Shown here: positions 37,994 through 47,672 of the stretch, piece by piece
How the letters are laid out: each line of letters starts with the position of its first letter
How positions within the stretch are numbered: position 1 is the first letter of the stretch
Source: an uncultured Gammaproteobacteria bacterium
GTDB lineage: Bacteria; Patescibacteriota; Microgenomatia; Daviesbacterales; UBA10151
Length of the DNA stretch: 64,000 nucleotides
Reading direction: 5' to 3'
NCBI GenBank assembly: GCA_964547465.1
Contig: CAZJNI010000003.1
Coordinates: forward strand, 21,334 to 85,333
Notes under the pieces: model-generated
Databases searched by the model: none
Seen by the model: the letters and a program-made list of their open reading frames with translations, nothing else
What the model was told of the DNA's origin: nothing
Position numbers and translations under genes: made by a program

Positions 37994-37998
37994 ATTTT

Positions 37999-39051
37999 AT
38001 GAATATTCAACAGCTTTTGGAACTAACCATAAATAGAAATGCCTCTGATTTGCATCTTTCTGTGGGATTTCCACCGATGATTAGGATTCATGGAGAATTG
38101 ATTCCTGTACCGGGTGAGCCAGTATTAACCCCGGAGCAGGTGGAAAGCATGAGTGCACCCCTTTTATCCGAGGCTCAACAAAATATTTTTAAGCAGTCTT
38201 TTGAGTTGGATTTCTCTTTTGAATTCGAAAATAAAGCCAGGTTTAGAGTTAATATTTACAGACAAAAAGGTTTTTCAGCTGCCTCTTTAAGACTGATTCC
38301 CTTCAGGATTCCAGAGGTGAATGAGTTAGGTTTGCCTCAATCTGTTATAAAGTTAACAGAACTTAAGCAGGGATTTGTTCTGGTGACAGGCCCAACCGGC
38401 CATGGAAAATCTACCACCCTGGCTTCCTTTATTAATAAAATTAATCACGAGAGGGCAATCCACGTAATCACAATTGAGGATCCTATAGAATATGTATATC
38501 CTCCTGCCAAAGCTTTGATAGACCAAAGGGAGATGTATAAAGATACAAGATCATGGGGAAATGCACTGCGTTCTGCACTGCGGGAGGATCCGGATGTAGT
38601 ACTGATCGGGGAAATGAGAGACTTGGAAACAATTGCCTCGGCTATGACAATTGCGGAGACAGGTCATCTGGTCTTTGCCACTCTTCATACCAATTCAGCT
38701 TCCCAATCTGTTGACAGGATTATTGATGTATTTCCGGAGATTCAGCAACCGCAAATAAGATTACAACTGGCATCAACTTTGGAAGCCATTATTTCTTTGC
38801 GGCTTATTCCCACAATTGAACCGGGCAGAATACTCGCATCAGAGGTTTTATTTGCTACTCCGGCTGTAAGAAATGTTGTCAGGGAGGCAAAATCCTATTT
38901 AATAGATAACCTGATAGAGACCTCTGCTGAATTAGGAATGCAGATTTTGGAAAGATCCCTTGCCGATTTGTTTAAAAAAGGGAAAATCAGCCAGGATACT
39001 GCTTTAAGATTTGCCCAAAGACCGGAGCTTTTGGGTAAGTTACTTAAGTAA
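37999..39051 (+). CDS. pilT: Pilus retraction ATPase PilT
   Basis: 'ASDLHL', 'GPTGHGKSTTLA', 'ALREDPDVVLIGEMRD', 'AETGHLVFATLHT'. Confidence 0.95.
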   Translation: MNIQQLLELTINRNASDLHLSVGFPPMIRIHGELIPVPGEPVLTPEQVESMSAPLLSEAQQNIFKQSFELDFSFEFENKARFRVNIYRQKGFSAASLRLIPFRIPEVNELGLPQSVIKLTELKQGFVLVTGPTGHGKSTTLASFINKINHERAIHVITIEDPIEYVYPPAKALIDQREMYKDTRSWGNALRSALREDPDVVLIGEMRDLETIASAMTIAETGHLVFATLHTNSASQSVDRIIDVFPEIQQPQIRLQLASTLEAIISLRLIPTIEPGRILASEVLFATPAVRNVVREAKSYLIDNLIETSAELGMQILERSLADLFKKGKISQDTALRFAQRPELLGKLLK

Positions 39052-39061
39052 CTTAAATAGA

Positions 39062-40264
39062 ATGGCTGAATTTATATACACTGCAAAAGATTCAAAAGGA
39101 ATAGATCATATCGGCACAGTTGAAGTGCCTGACATACATTCTGCCGCAGTAATATTGCGTAAAAAAGGATTAATAGTAATTTCAGTCAAGCCTAAAGGTG
39201 TTTCTTCAATTAAATTTATCGATAAATTTTTAAACAGGGTTAGTTTTAGCGATTTAGTGGTAATTACCAGACAACTTGCCACCATGATTTCATCCGGACT
39301 GGTTTTATCTGATGCTATAGATATCCTGGAAGAGCAACAAACAAATAAAACTTTAAAAAAAGCCCTGGAGGATATATCCCAGGATATAAGAGGCGGATTA
39401 ACTCTTGCTCAAGCTTTAGGGAAATATCCAAATATTTTTCCTAAACTTTATGTAAATCTGGTTAAAAGCGGAGAAGCTTCTGGAAAGCTGGATCAAGTGC
39501 TTTTGCAAATGGCTGACGGGTTAGAAAAAGAACGGGAATTTAAAGCCAAAGTTAAAGGGGCATTAATTTATCCGGTTGTTGTTTTGGGAATGATGTTTAT
39601 TGTAATTGTTATAATGATGGTATTTGTTATTCCTAAATTAGTTGCGCTTTATCAGCAATCAACAATTGAACTGCCTCTGCCTACCAAAATTTTGATTTTT
39701 ACATCCAATTTATTTGTAAATTTCTGGTGGGCAATGATCCTGGCTTCTTTAGGATTGATATTTGGAATTAAAAGATGGAGTAAGACCCCTGAAGGAAACC
39801 TGTTACTGGGTAAATTAACATTGAAGCTACCAATTGTCGGCAAAGTTATTACTAATGTAACCTTAACCAATTTTAACCGTACTTTTGGTCTTCTCACCTC
39901 GGCAGGTATTCCTCTTTTGGAATCTATAGGGATTGTTTCTGATTTAACAGATAATCCTGTTTTTAAAAATGCATTGAAAGAATCTTACAACGGTGTTGAA
40001 AAAGGACTGCCTTTCTCCTCCCTTTTAACTGCCAATGTTTTCCCAAAAATCGTCAGTCAGATGATTAAAGTTGGTGAAGAAACAGGTAAGGTAGATGAAA
40101 TATTTTTTAAGCTGGCTGATTATTTTGAATCAGAATCAGATCATCTGATTAAAAACCTGACAGTTGCGATAGAACCAATTATTTTGATTATTTTAGGAAT
40201 TGGTGTAGCATTTTTAGTTATATCAATCATTTTGCCAATATACAAGTTGACAACATCTTTTTAG
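39062..40264 (+). CDS. pilC: Type IV pilus platform protein PilC/GspF
   Basis: 'RQLATMISSG', 'GEASGKLD', 'ALIYP', 'GEETGKVD'; ATG at 39062 (MAEFIYTA). Confidence 0.95.
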   Translation: MAEFIYTAKDSKGIDHIGTVEVPDIHSAAVILRKKGLIVISVKPKGVSSIKFIDKFLNRVSFSDLVVITRQLATMISSGLVLSDAIDILEEQQTNKTLKKALEDISQDIRGGLTLAQALGKYPNIFPKLYVNLVKSGEASGKLDQVLLQMADGLEKEREFKAKVKGALIYPVVVLGMMFIVIVIMMVFVIPKLVALYQQSTIELPLPTKILIFTSNLFVNFWWAMILASLGLIFGIKRWSKTPEGNLLLGKLTLKLPIVGKVITNVTLTNFNRTFGLLTSAGIPLLESIGIVSDLTDNPVFKNALKESYNGVEKGLPFSSLLTANVFPKIVSQMIKVGEETGKVDEIFFKLADYFESESDHLIKNLTVAIEPIILIILGIGVAFLVISIILPIYKLTTSF

Positions 40265-40276
40265 TGTGAATACAAT
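40247..40276 (+). promoter_or_regulatory. Sigma70-type promoter for the first pilin gene
   Basis: TTGACA-18 nt-TACAAT overlapping the pilC 3' end. Confidence 0.6.
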
Positions 40277-40309
40277 GGAGTAGTTGCAAAAAATATTTTT
40301 TGAAAGGGG

Positions 40310-40876
40310 GTGAATATTTTGATAAAATCTGCTCACAAAGGTTTTACTTTGGTTGAACTTTTGGTAGTTATCGCAATTGTTGCAATTTTAGCAGCAGTTG
40401 TGGTTTTAATTATTAATCCTTTGGAATTAACAAGAAGAGGTAGAGATGCTGCAAGACTTTCAGATCTTGCTAATTTGCAAAATGCCATTAACGTAGCAGT
40501 GCAGGAGGCAACAGGTGCCGGTGCAGAGGGAGTTCTATGTAATGGTGGTACTTATCCCTGTGGTGGAAAAAGCAATGCAGGATCAAGAGCTGCAGATGGT
40601 AGTGGATGGGTAACAGTAAATTTATCCGGTCAACAAAGTGTATCAGTTCCAACTCTGCCGGTTGATCCGGTCAATGATGCGACTTTGCATTATGCTTATT
40701 GCGCAAACAATGACGCCTGGGAAATTAATGCTGTTTTGGAATCGGTTCAGCAAAAAAACAAAATGGCAACTGATGGTGGGGATGAGAATGCAACTGATAA
40801 CACCGGTCGTTTTGAAGTTGGTTCTAATCTAGGTCTGCTTACTGATTCAAGTACAGCACCCTGTGCGTACAATTGA
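40310..40876 (+). CDS. Type IV pilin, likely major pilin
   Basis: 'KG|FTLVELLVVIAIVAILAAVV'; own promoter and GAAAGGGG ribosome-binding site. Confidence 0.85.
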   Translation: MNILIKSAHKGFTLVELLVVIAIVAILAAVVVLIINPLELTRRGRDAARLSDLANLQNAINVAVQEATGAGAEGVLCNGGTYPCGGKSNAGSRAADGSGWVTVNLSGQQSVSVPTLPVDPVNDATLHYAYCANNDAWEINAVLESVQQKNKMATDGGDENATDNTGRFEVGSNLGLLTDSSTAPCAYN

Positions 40877-40881
40877 TTTAG

Positions 40882-41787
40882 GTGGAAACAGCTCTTTTCG
40901 GTTTTTTACTGGGAACTGTTCTGGGAAGCTTTGTTAAAGCATTGGCTGATCGAAGCTTAAGTTACAGGTCTTTTTGGGGAAGGTCGTATTGTTTGCAATG
41001 CAAAAAAACTCTGCAATGGTACGACCTTTTTCCTGTTGTTTCTTATTTAATTCTTAGAGGTAGATGTAGATACTGTCATAAAAAAATCTCTTTGGAATAC
41101 CCAATAGTTGAGGTAATTTTGGGCATTCTGATTGGTTTTCTGTTTTGGCAAAGCCCCTTTAATTTTTCCGCCATAGGCGGATCAACCTATGGTTGGCAAT
41201 TTTCAATTTTTGCCTTCGGATTTTTGCTAAAAATATTTTTTATTGTTATCTTGGCTAGCCTGTTTTTAACAGATCTTAAGAAAATGTTTATTCCGGATAG
41301 AATTATAATTCCTTCTATTATATTAGGGATTATTGCTAATATTGCTTTTACTATAGTAAAAGTAGGTTACTTATATTTTACTCTTAACCAGACTGTTTTG
41401 GGTAAGTATTTGCTCCCCCCGTATAGTGATTATTTTAGAAGACATACAGTTTTGATTATTGAACCATTTTTGTATTCGGTGGTAACAGCAATGCTAATAG
41501 CTGGATTTTTTATGGGACTGATTATTATTACAAAGGGTAAGGGTATGGGAGGCGGGGATGTTAAACTGGGGGCTTTTATGGGACTGATGTTAGGTTTTCC
41601 TCAAGCCCTTTTGGCACTAGTCTTATCTTTTTTAACAGGGGCTATATTTTCCATAATACTTATTATTTTTGGTAAGAAGAGATTTGGCCAAACAATTGCC
41701 TTTGGCCCATTTTTAGTTTTGGGAAGCTTAATAGCCCTATTTTGGGGAGGGCAAATTATGCAGTGGTATTTAAAAATAGGTACTTGA
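40882..41787 (+). CDS. pilD: Prepilin peptidase
   Basis: 'RSYCLQC...WYDLFPVVSYLILRGRCRYC', 'GMGGGDVKL', 'AFGPFL'. Confidence 0.95.
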   Translation: METALFGFLLGTVLGSFVKALADRSLSYRSFWGRSYCLQCKKTLQWYDLFPVVSYLILRGRCRYCHKKISLEYPIVEVILGILIGFLFWQSPFNFSAIGGSTYGWQFSIFAFGFLLKIFFIVILASLFLTDLKKMFIPDRIIIPSIILGIIANIAFTIVKVGYLYFTLNQTVLGKYLLPPYSDYFRRHTVLIIEPFLYSVVTAMLIAGFFMGLIIITKGKGMGGGDVKLGAFMGLMLGFPQALLALVLSFLTGAIFSIILIIFGKKRFGQTIAFGPFLVLGSLIALFWGGQIMQWYLKIGT

Positions 41788-41822
41788 CACCTAAATTTGT
41801 TTATGGTCATACTAAATTATTA

Positions 41823-42353
41823 ATGAAATTTAATCTGCCCATGTTTTTTAAAAATCCTCGTGGTCTCGCCTCGCTTCGCGGTCGAAGCGGTTTCACCCTC
41901 ATTGAGCTTCTGGTAGTTATTGCCATCATTGGTATTATTTCTGTTATTGCAATTGCACTTTTCTCAAATGTTCAAGCTGATGCCAGAGATGGTAAAAGAA
42001 AAGCGGAGTTGGAATCAATATCTAATGTTCTGGAAGTAAATAAAACTTCAACAGGATATCAACTGGCAACGGCAGCCTTGTTTGGTGGAGGTGTATTCCC
42101 TGGAGGTAGTACAACACTATCAACAGACCCTCAAGGTTATCCGTATTGTATTAATACTACCGCAAGTGTGGCAAATTCTGGTGTGGATGCTACCTGGATA
42201 AATGGTGCAACTCCGAGTTGCTCTACAGCTGCTCCGGCTTATTCTAAAATAGATGGTACAACTCCAGCTGCAAATAGTGCCCAATACAAAATCTGTACCC
42301 GTCTGGAAAACAGAGGTACACCTCAAGTTTTCTGCAGGACCAATACCCAGTAA
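41823..42353 (+). CDS. Type IV pilin / GspG-like
   Basis: 'SG|FTLIELLVVIAIIG...ARDGKRKAEL'; TTGACA-18-CATACT at 41784-41813. Confidence 0.85.
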   Translation: MKFNLPMFFKNPRGLASLRGRSGFTLIELLVVIAIIGIISVIAIALFSNVQADARDGKRKAELESISNVLEVNKTSTGYQLATAALFGGGVFPGGSTTLSTDPQGYPYCINTTASVANSGVDATWINGATPSCSTAAPAYSKIDGTTPAANSAQYKICTRLENRGTPQVFCRTNTQ

Positions 42354-42373
42354 TTTATTTTAACCTCTTTAAT

Positions 42374-42901
42374 ATGCTGCCCAAGTCGTCTATAAATAAG
42401 TTTGGTTTCACCCTGATTGAACTTCTGATTGCAATTTCTATTATTGCTGTTTTATCAGTAATTGGTTTAAGTGCCTACTCCGGTGTCCAACAATCTGCCC
42501 GGGATGCCAGACGAAAAGATGACCTGCGCTCAATTAAAGTGGCGCTAGAGCTTTACTATCAACGTAATAAAAGCTATCCAATGACCGATTGGGTTTTTTC
42601 AAATGCCGCTCAACCCTGGATTCCCCTTTTAACATCAGATTATATTTCCAAAATTCCCACTGATATTCTGAATAAAGATCAGGATCCCAGGATAACCGGA
42701 CAATATGGTTATGCTTATTTTGGAAACAACAATGTGTGTGGAACAGATCAACCCGGACAATTTTATGCTTTGGTTACCCAGCTTGAAAATACAACTGATA
42801 ATCAAAGAAACGATTTACAAAACTATAAATGGTGTGATGGTAGCATTACCCCTAAAACTTCCTGGTCAAAGTATAGTTTTGCCATTATCAGTGACAACTA
42901 G
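42374..42901 (+). CDS. Type IV pilin / GspG-like
   Basis: 'FG|FTLIELLIAISII...ARDARRKDDL'. Confidence 0.85.
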   Translation: MLPKSSINKFGFTLIELLIAISIIAVLSVIGLSAYSGVQQSARDARRKDDLRSIKVALELYYQRNKSYPMTDWVFSNAAQPWIPLLTSDYISKIPTDILNKDQDPRITGQYGYAYFGNNNVCGTDQPGQFYALVTQLENTTDNQRNDLQNYKWCDGSITPKTSWSKYSFAIISDN

Positions 42902-42945
42902 ATTTTAATTGACATTTTATTCCAATATAAGCTAATCTTAAATAT

Positions 42946-43461
42946 ATGAGATCTGCCCGCCCTAAGCAAAGTCGAAGTGGCTTCACACTGATTGAGTTAT
43001 TAGTTGTTATTACCATTATAGGTATTTTATCAACCATAGGTCTAACGCTATATTCCGGGGTTAAGGCCAGGGCCAGGGATGCCCAAAGATTGGACGATGC
43101 CAGAAAAATAGTTATCGCGCTGGAACAATTCAAAAGCGGATCAAACAGATATCCTTATCTAAATAGTTTAGGGACTGCTGTCTGTCAATCCACTACCTGG
43201 TGTGATAGTATACAGACACAACCATGGATTCCAGAGATTGATCGAACCTCTTTTATAGACAGTAAAATCCCCCTGGATCCTATAAATACAACAACCGGAT
43301 CACTAGTTTACAAATATACTACTAATGCATCAGGCAGTGACTATTGTTTGGAGATTCCACAAGAACAAAATGCCAGTAGTCATCCCTACTTTAAAACCGG
43401 TACCACCTGGAAGCTAAGATTTGGTCCCCAGGGAGCCAATACAGGATTATGTAATACATGA
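42946..43461 (+). CDS. Type IV pilin / GspG-like
   Basis: 'SG|FTLIELLVVITII...ARDAQRLDD'; TTGACA-18-TAATCT 7 nt before the ATG. Confidence 0.85.
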   Translation: MRSARPKQSRSGFTLIELLVVITIIGILSTIGLTLYSGVKARARDAQRLDDARKIVIALEQFKSGSNRYPYLNSLGTAVCQSTTWCDSIQTQPWIPEIDRTSFIDSKIPLDPINTTTGSLVYKYTTNASGSDYCLEIPQEQNASSHPYFKTGTTWKLRFGPQGANTGLCNT

Positions 43462-43922
43462 GAATTTCCCGTGGCTTCACATTAATTGAATTACTGATTG
43501 CCATAAGTATTATTGCCATACTTTCGGTGATTGGTTTAAACCTTTACCAATCAGTTTATAAGAGCGCCAGGGACACCAAAAGAAGATCAGATGTAAAATT
43601 TATCCAAAGCGCGCTGGAGCAATATCACGGGGATCAGAAGTATTACCCCTATACTGTTACATCCGGTAGCGAACTGTCTTTTACTAATTCTTCAGGCAGG
43701 AAATTTGTTTATATGAATAAAGTCCCACAAGACCCTGGTGCCACAGTATACCTTTATCAGGCTTTGGGGGCAGGTTGCATTAGTGATGCAACGGCTGCCA
43801 GTTGCACAAGTTATTGTTTGTATGTACAGCTGGAGAATGCTACAGGTATAACTTCGGATTCAGGCTGCAGCCCTCCCCCAAGCGGTTATAGTGGCTATAA
43901 CTATGGTGTGACTAGACCATAA
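43458..43922 (+). CDS. Type IV pilin / GspG-like
   Basis: 'RG|FTLIELLIAISII...ARDTKRRSDV'. Confidence 0.85.
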   Translation: MRISRGFTLIELLIAISIIAILSVIGLNLYQSVYKSARDTKRRSDVKFIQSALEQYHGDQKYYPYTVTSGSELSFTNSSGRKFVYMNKVPQDPGATVYLYQALGAGCISDATAASCTSYCLYVQLENATGITSDSGCSPPPSGYSGYNYGVTRP

Positions 43923-43950
43923 GATGCAAGATGTGTTACGTTAAATAAGT

Positions 43951-44463
43951 ATGCGACCTGCCGGCTTCACATTAATTGAACTTCTGGTAGTTATTTCTAT
44001 AATTGCCCTGTTGAGTATAGTTGCATTTATCAACCTTAAGGGTTTCTCCCAAGATCAGGTATTAAACAAAGCTACATCAGATATTCAATCCCTTTTAAGA
44101 CTGGCACAAGCCAATGCAACTGCCGGAGTTTTGTGCAATAATAAAGGCGGGGCTAACTGGACACTGGATTTTCAGGTAAATAAAGTAGATATTAAGCTAA
44201 ACTGCGGTGAGGGTAATTTCCCTGTTAAAACTTTAACTTTAGAAAATGCTCAAATAGAGTCTATTAAAGGTGCCTCTTGTGGCACAACTTCACTCTTACC
44301 TTTAACAGTTACATATTCCAAGATTTCAGGAGATGTAAAATTTAATTCAAGCGATTCTTGTATTGGGACAAGTCCAAATATTTTGATTAATTTGAAAAAT
44401 TTAAAGACAACTAATATAAGGCCGTTTACAATTTCCAGAGGAGGGGCAATTGATACACAGTAG
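43951..44463 (+). CDS. Minor pilin, FimT/GspH-like
   Basis: 'AG|FTLIELLVV...IQSLLRLAQANA'. Confidence 0.8.
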   Translation: MRPAGFTLIELLVVISIIALLSIVAFINLKGFSQDQVLNKATSDIQSLLRLAQANATAGVLCNNKGGANWTLDFQVNKVDIKLNCGEGNFPVKTLTLENAQIESIKGASCGTTSLLPLTVTYSKISGDVKFNSSDSCIGTSPNILINLKNLKTTNIRPFTISRGGAIDTQ

Positions 44464-45040
44464 AAGGTCATCAGTCATCAGTCATCAGTCGTCAGTCAAA
44501 GGACAAACTTTACTGGAGTTGGTGGTGGTTATTGCGGTGATTGTAGTTGTCATAAGCGCCCTGACGTTTGCTACGATTTCCTCTTTACGAAATGCCCAGT
44601 TTTCCAAAAATCAGGCTCAAGCTACCAAATTAGCCCAGGAAGGGCTGGAGCTTATGAGAACAGGCAGGGATAGGAATCAGTGCATAAATAATCTTCCTCC
44701 CAGTGCTAATGTAGCTTCCTGGAATGGAGGGAGTGCTATTTGTTCAGGGGGTTCTATTTGGGGTTATTTAGTGAGTAGCGGTTGTACCCAGCCATTAAAT
44801 TGTTTTTTTAACATAAATAGTCAAGGGGTACTAAATTTTAATACATCTTACTCTCCTGTATCTACTCAGCCTATTCTTCCCCCTAATTCTGAATCAATAC
44901 CCCCATTTACCAGGGCTGTAATTATTACTGATGATTCTACAACCTATCAAATCCAAAAAATAGTTACTGTGATCGTTACCTGGATAGATGTATCCGGCCC
45001 ACATGAATCCAGATTAACAACAATATTAAGGAGAATTTGA
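44450..45040 (+). CDS. Minor pilin, PilV-like, with heptamer repeat in the leader
   Basis: 'KG|QTLLELVVV...QATKLAQEGLE'; (GTCATCA)n at 44467-44498. Confidence 0.8.
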   Translation: MIHSRRSSVISHQSSVKGQTLLELVVVIAVIVVVISALTFATISSLRNAQFSKNQAQATKLAQEGLELMRTGRDRNQCINNLPPSANVASWNGGSAICSGGSIWGYLVSSGCTQPLNCFFNINSQGVLNFNTSYSPVSTQPILPPNSESIPPFTRAVIITDDSTTYQIQKIVTVIVTWIDVSGPHESRLTTILRRI

Positions 45041-45660
45041 TGAAAAACGGCTTCACCCTGGTTGAAATGCTGGTTGTGATTGGAGTTTTATCTATTGTGG
45101 GAATTTTAGTTTTGATTATTTTTATCAATACCTTAAGAGGAAGCAATAAATCACAAATTATAGTTTCTATCAAGCAAAACGGACAATCAGTTTTGGAAAG
45201 TATGTCTAGTAATATCAGGAATTCAGACAATATAATCTGTCCTGCAATAACTGCTCCAAGCACTACTGCCTCATCCAGTAATCTGGTAATCGGGAGTAGT
45301 AAAGGACTATATATAAGATACAGGTTTATATCCCCCGGTACCAACAGTAACGGAATGATCCAGCAGGATAATCCAGCCAAAGAATTAGATTCTACAACTG
45401 GCGAAGAGGAGACAGATGCTGTTTTCATTAACCGGGTGTGCACTGTAGATAATCCGATGATGAATGCTGTTGTTTTAACAGATACAAATTCTCAAAGTGG
45501 AGTTTCGCTTATAAGCGGTAATTTCACAAGAGACCGGTCAGCCGGGTTTAAGGATAATGTAGTCATTGACTTTATACTTTCCCATGCTGTTAATGCGCCA
45601 GTTTCTGTGGCAGGGCAAATTGATCCTGTAACTTTTAAGACAACTGTGCAACTAAGGTGA
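45037..45660 (+). CDS. Minor pilin, PilW-like
   Basis: 'NG|FTLVEMLVV...LESMSSNIRNS', C-terminal 'TFKTTVQLR'. Confidence 0.8.
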   Translation: MMKNGFTLVEMLVVIGVLSIVGILVLIIFINTLRGSNKSQIIVSIKQNGQSVLESMSSNIRNSDNIICPAITAPSTTASSSNLVIGSSKGLYIRYRFISPGTNSNGMIQQDNPAKELDSTTGEEETDAVFINRVCTVDNPMMNAVVLTDTNSQSGVSLISGNFTRDRSAGFKDNVVIDFILSHAVNAPVSVAGQIDPVTFKTTVQLR

Positions 45661-45692
45661 CGCCTTGCGTCAAATGTGCTAGTCTTAAAGAT

Positions 45693-46610
45693 ATGTACAG
45701 AATTCAAAATGAAAAAGGTCAATTAATCTTAACTTTAGTTCTTATTATGACAGTGGCTTTGGCAATAGGTTTATCCATTGTCCAAAAAAGTCTGGTTGAT
45801 GTATCAACCTCCACCAAAGTGGAGCAATCTTCCCGGGCTTTTTCAGCGGCAGAGGCAGGAATTGAGAAGGCTTTAAAACTTAATGATTGTGGAGCAGATG
45901 GAGTAAATTGCAGGGTAGATTTTACCAATATAAATAATTCTTCTGCCATAATTAACGATTCTACCCGGATACCATATATTCCTGCACCAAATGAACGGCA
46001 AGCCCCTTTTGAATATCCACCTATACCTAAAGAAGAGGTGGCCCAAGTTTGGCTGGCAGATTTGGATTCTACTACTCCTTCTTCTCCACCAGATTGCGGT
46101 CCAAATATTCAATGCTACTATAAACAAAATAGCTTAGATGTGTATTGGGGAGATGCAACCTCAACAGAAAAAAGTGCTTTAGAAATAACTTTGAACTATT
46201 ATGATACGACTCAATCCATGTATCTGCCTAGAAAATGGTATCTTGATAATAGTAGTGCAAATCGCAGTGTCCCTAATTTTATACCTGTTACTTGTGGAAG
46301 CATCCCTTCTCCGATGCAAGGCTACCAGTGCAAATATACCTTAAGTTCACTACCTTCTGGTTTAATATTACTTAGAGCCAGGCTTTTATATAATACAACT
46401 TCTCAACCTCTTGCTTTCCAGGCTGTTGGGTTACGTGGAGGAGTTGGATGTGATCCTTCCGGATGTTGGTTGCCGCCACAAGCCAGAAATATTATCTCCA
46501 CCGGTGCATCAGGAGAAACTCAAAGAAGAATTAAACTTTTCCAGATAAGTAAGGTAGTACCCCCTTATTTTGATTACGCCATCTTCTCTGCAGGGAAAAT
46601 AGAAAAGTGA
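45693..46610 (+). CDS. Minor pilin, PilX-like
   Basis: 'EKG|QLILTLVL' without Glu5; 'RAFSAAEAGIEKAL'. Confidence 0.8.
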   Translation: MYRIQNEKGQLILTLVLIMTVALAIGLSIVQKSLVDVSTSTKVEQSSRAFSAAEAGIEKALKLNDCGADGVNCRVDFTNINNSSAIINDSTRIPYIPAPNERQAPFEYPPIPKEEVAQVWLADLDSTTPSSPPDCGPNIQCYYKQNSLDVYWGDATSTEKSALEITLNYYDTTQSMYLPRKWYLDNSSANRSVPNFIPVTCGSIPSPMQGYQCKYTLSSLPSGLILLRARLLYNTTSQPLAFQAVGLRGGVGCDPSGCWLPPQARNIISTGASGETQRRIKLFQISKVVPPYFDYAIFSAGKIEK

Positions 46611-46614
46611 GGCA

Positions 46615-47064
46615 ATGACTAATCAAGGCGGTGTTTCTCTAGTACGAAGTGCCAAACTGAATACTCGAGGAGTCAGTTTAGTTGAATCCATTTTGGTAGT
46701 AGTTATGTTGGGTATAATAATACTACTCATGGCAAATTTACCAAATGCCATGGGCCTTATTAATAAAAGTAAACATTTAAGTTTGGCAAGGGAAATTGCC
46801 AGTAAGCAAATAGAGGAGAAAAGAGAGACCCCTTATGCAAATCTAGTCAGTGATCCGGATAACCCTTCTGCTATCCTGGATTCAAGATTTAGTTTACTGC
46901 CTAATGGATCCGGCAGCGTAAAAATTGAAGATTGCAGTAGCCAAATTTGTACCAATTTGGAGCCTGTTAAACAAATTACGGTTACAGTTTCCTGGAAAGA
47001 AATGTCAAAAGATCAAATAGTTACTCTTAAAACATTTATTGCAGAAGGAGGATTAAACCAATAA
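46615..47064 (+). CDS. Minor pilin, PilV-like (second set)
   Basis: 'RG|VSLVESILVV...LAREIASKQIEE', 'KQITVTVSW'. Confidence 0.8.
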   Translation: MTNQGGVSLVRSAKLNTRGVSLVESILVVVMLGIIILLMANLPNAMGLINKSKHLSLAREIASKQIEEKRETPYANLVSDPDNPSAILDSRFSLLPNGSGSVKIEDCSSQICTNLEPVKQITVTVSWKEMSKDQIVTLKTFIAEGGLNQ

Positions 47065-47672
47065 AATTTCAAATTTCAAATTTCAAATTTCAAATTAATC
47101 AAACTGGTTTGACGCTGCTTGAAGTAGTTATTGCATCAGGGATTGCAACACTGGTGGGAGCATTACTTTTAATAATTATTTTTAATAGTGCCGGTCTTTT
47201 TTATAAGGAATCTTCAAAAGTAGGGCAAGGTTTAGGGGTTAACGATTCCCTGTCTGCGATAAGAAGTGGTATTAAAGAATCTAGCGCTATTGTACTCTCA
47301 TATCCCGTAGGTTCTTCCCCTACTTATACCACTGGTTCAACGCAGCTGATTTTATCTGTTTCCTCAATTGATAGTAATAATAATCTTATTTCCGGTGTGT
47401 TTGATTATTATGTCTTTTTCCTTGATGGAGATAAACTTAAATTTAAATCCTTTCCAAATGTTGATTCAAGCAGCAGAAAAGAGGCAAATCAAATATTATC
47501 CTTAAATGTAGATAGTCTACTTTTTCAATATTTCAATTCTCAAATTCCTCCCCAGGAGGTCAGTCCCTCCCTAGCCAGTAAAATTAGAATCACACTAAAA
47601 CTTAAACAAAAAAGTGGAGCAGGTTATGAACAAAGCATTGCCACATCGGAGGCTAATTTAAGGAATGACTAA
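47061..47672 (+). CDS. Minor pilin, PilW-like (second set); start codon anomalous (ATA at 47061)
   Basis: 'NQTG|LTLLEVVI' cleavage motif lies upstream of the called TTG at 47109; frame is open back to ATA overlapping the previous stop, with GAAGGAGG upstream. Confidence 0.7.
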   Translation: MKFQISNFKFQINQTGLTLLEVVIASGIATLVGALLLIIIFNSAGLFYKESSKVGQGLGVNDSLSAIRSGIKESSAIVLSYPVGSSPTYTTGSTQLILSVSSIDSNNNLISGVFDYYVFFLDGDKLKFKSFPNVDSSSRKEANQILSLNVDSLLFQYFNSQIPPQEVSPSLASKIRITLKLKQKSGAGYEQSIATSEANLRND

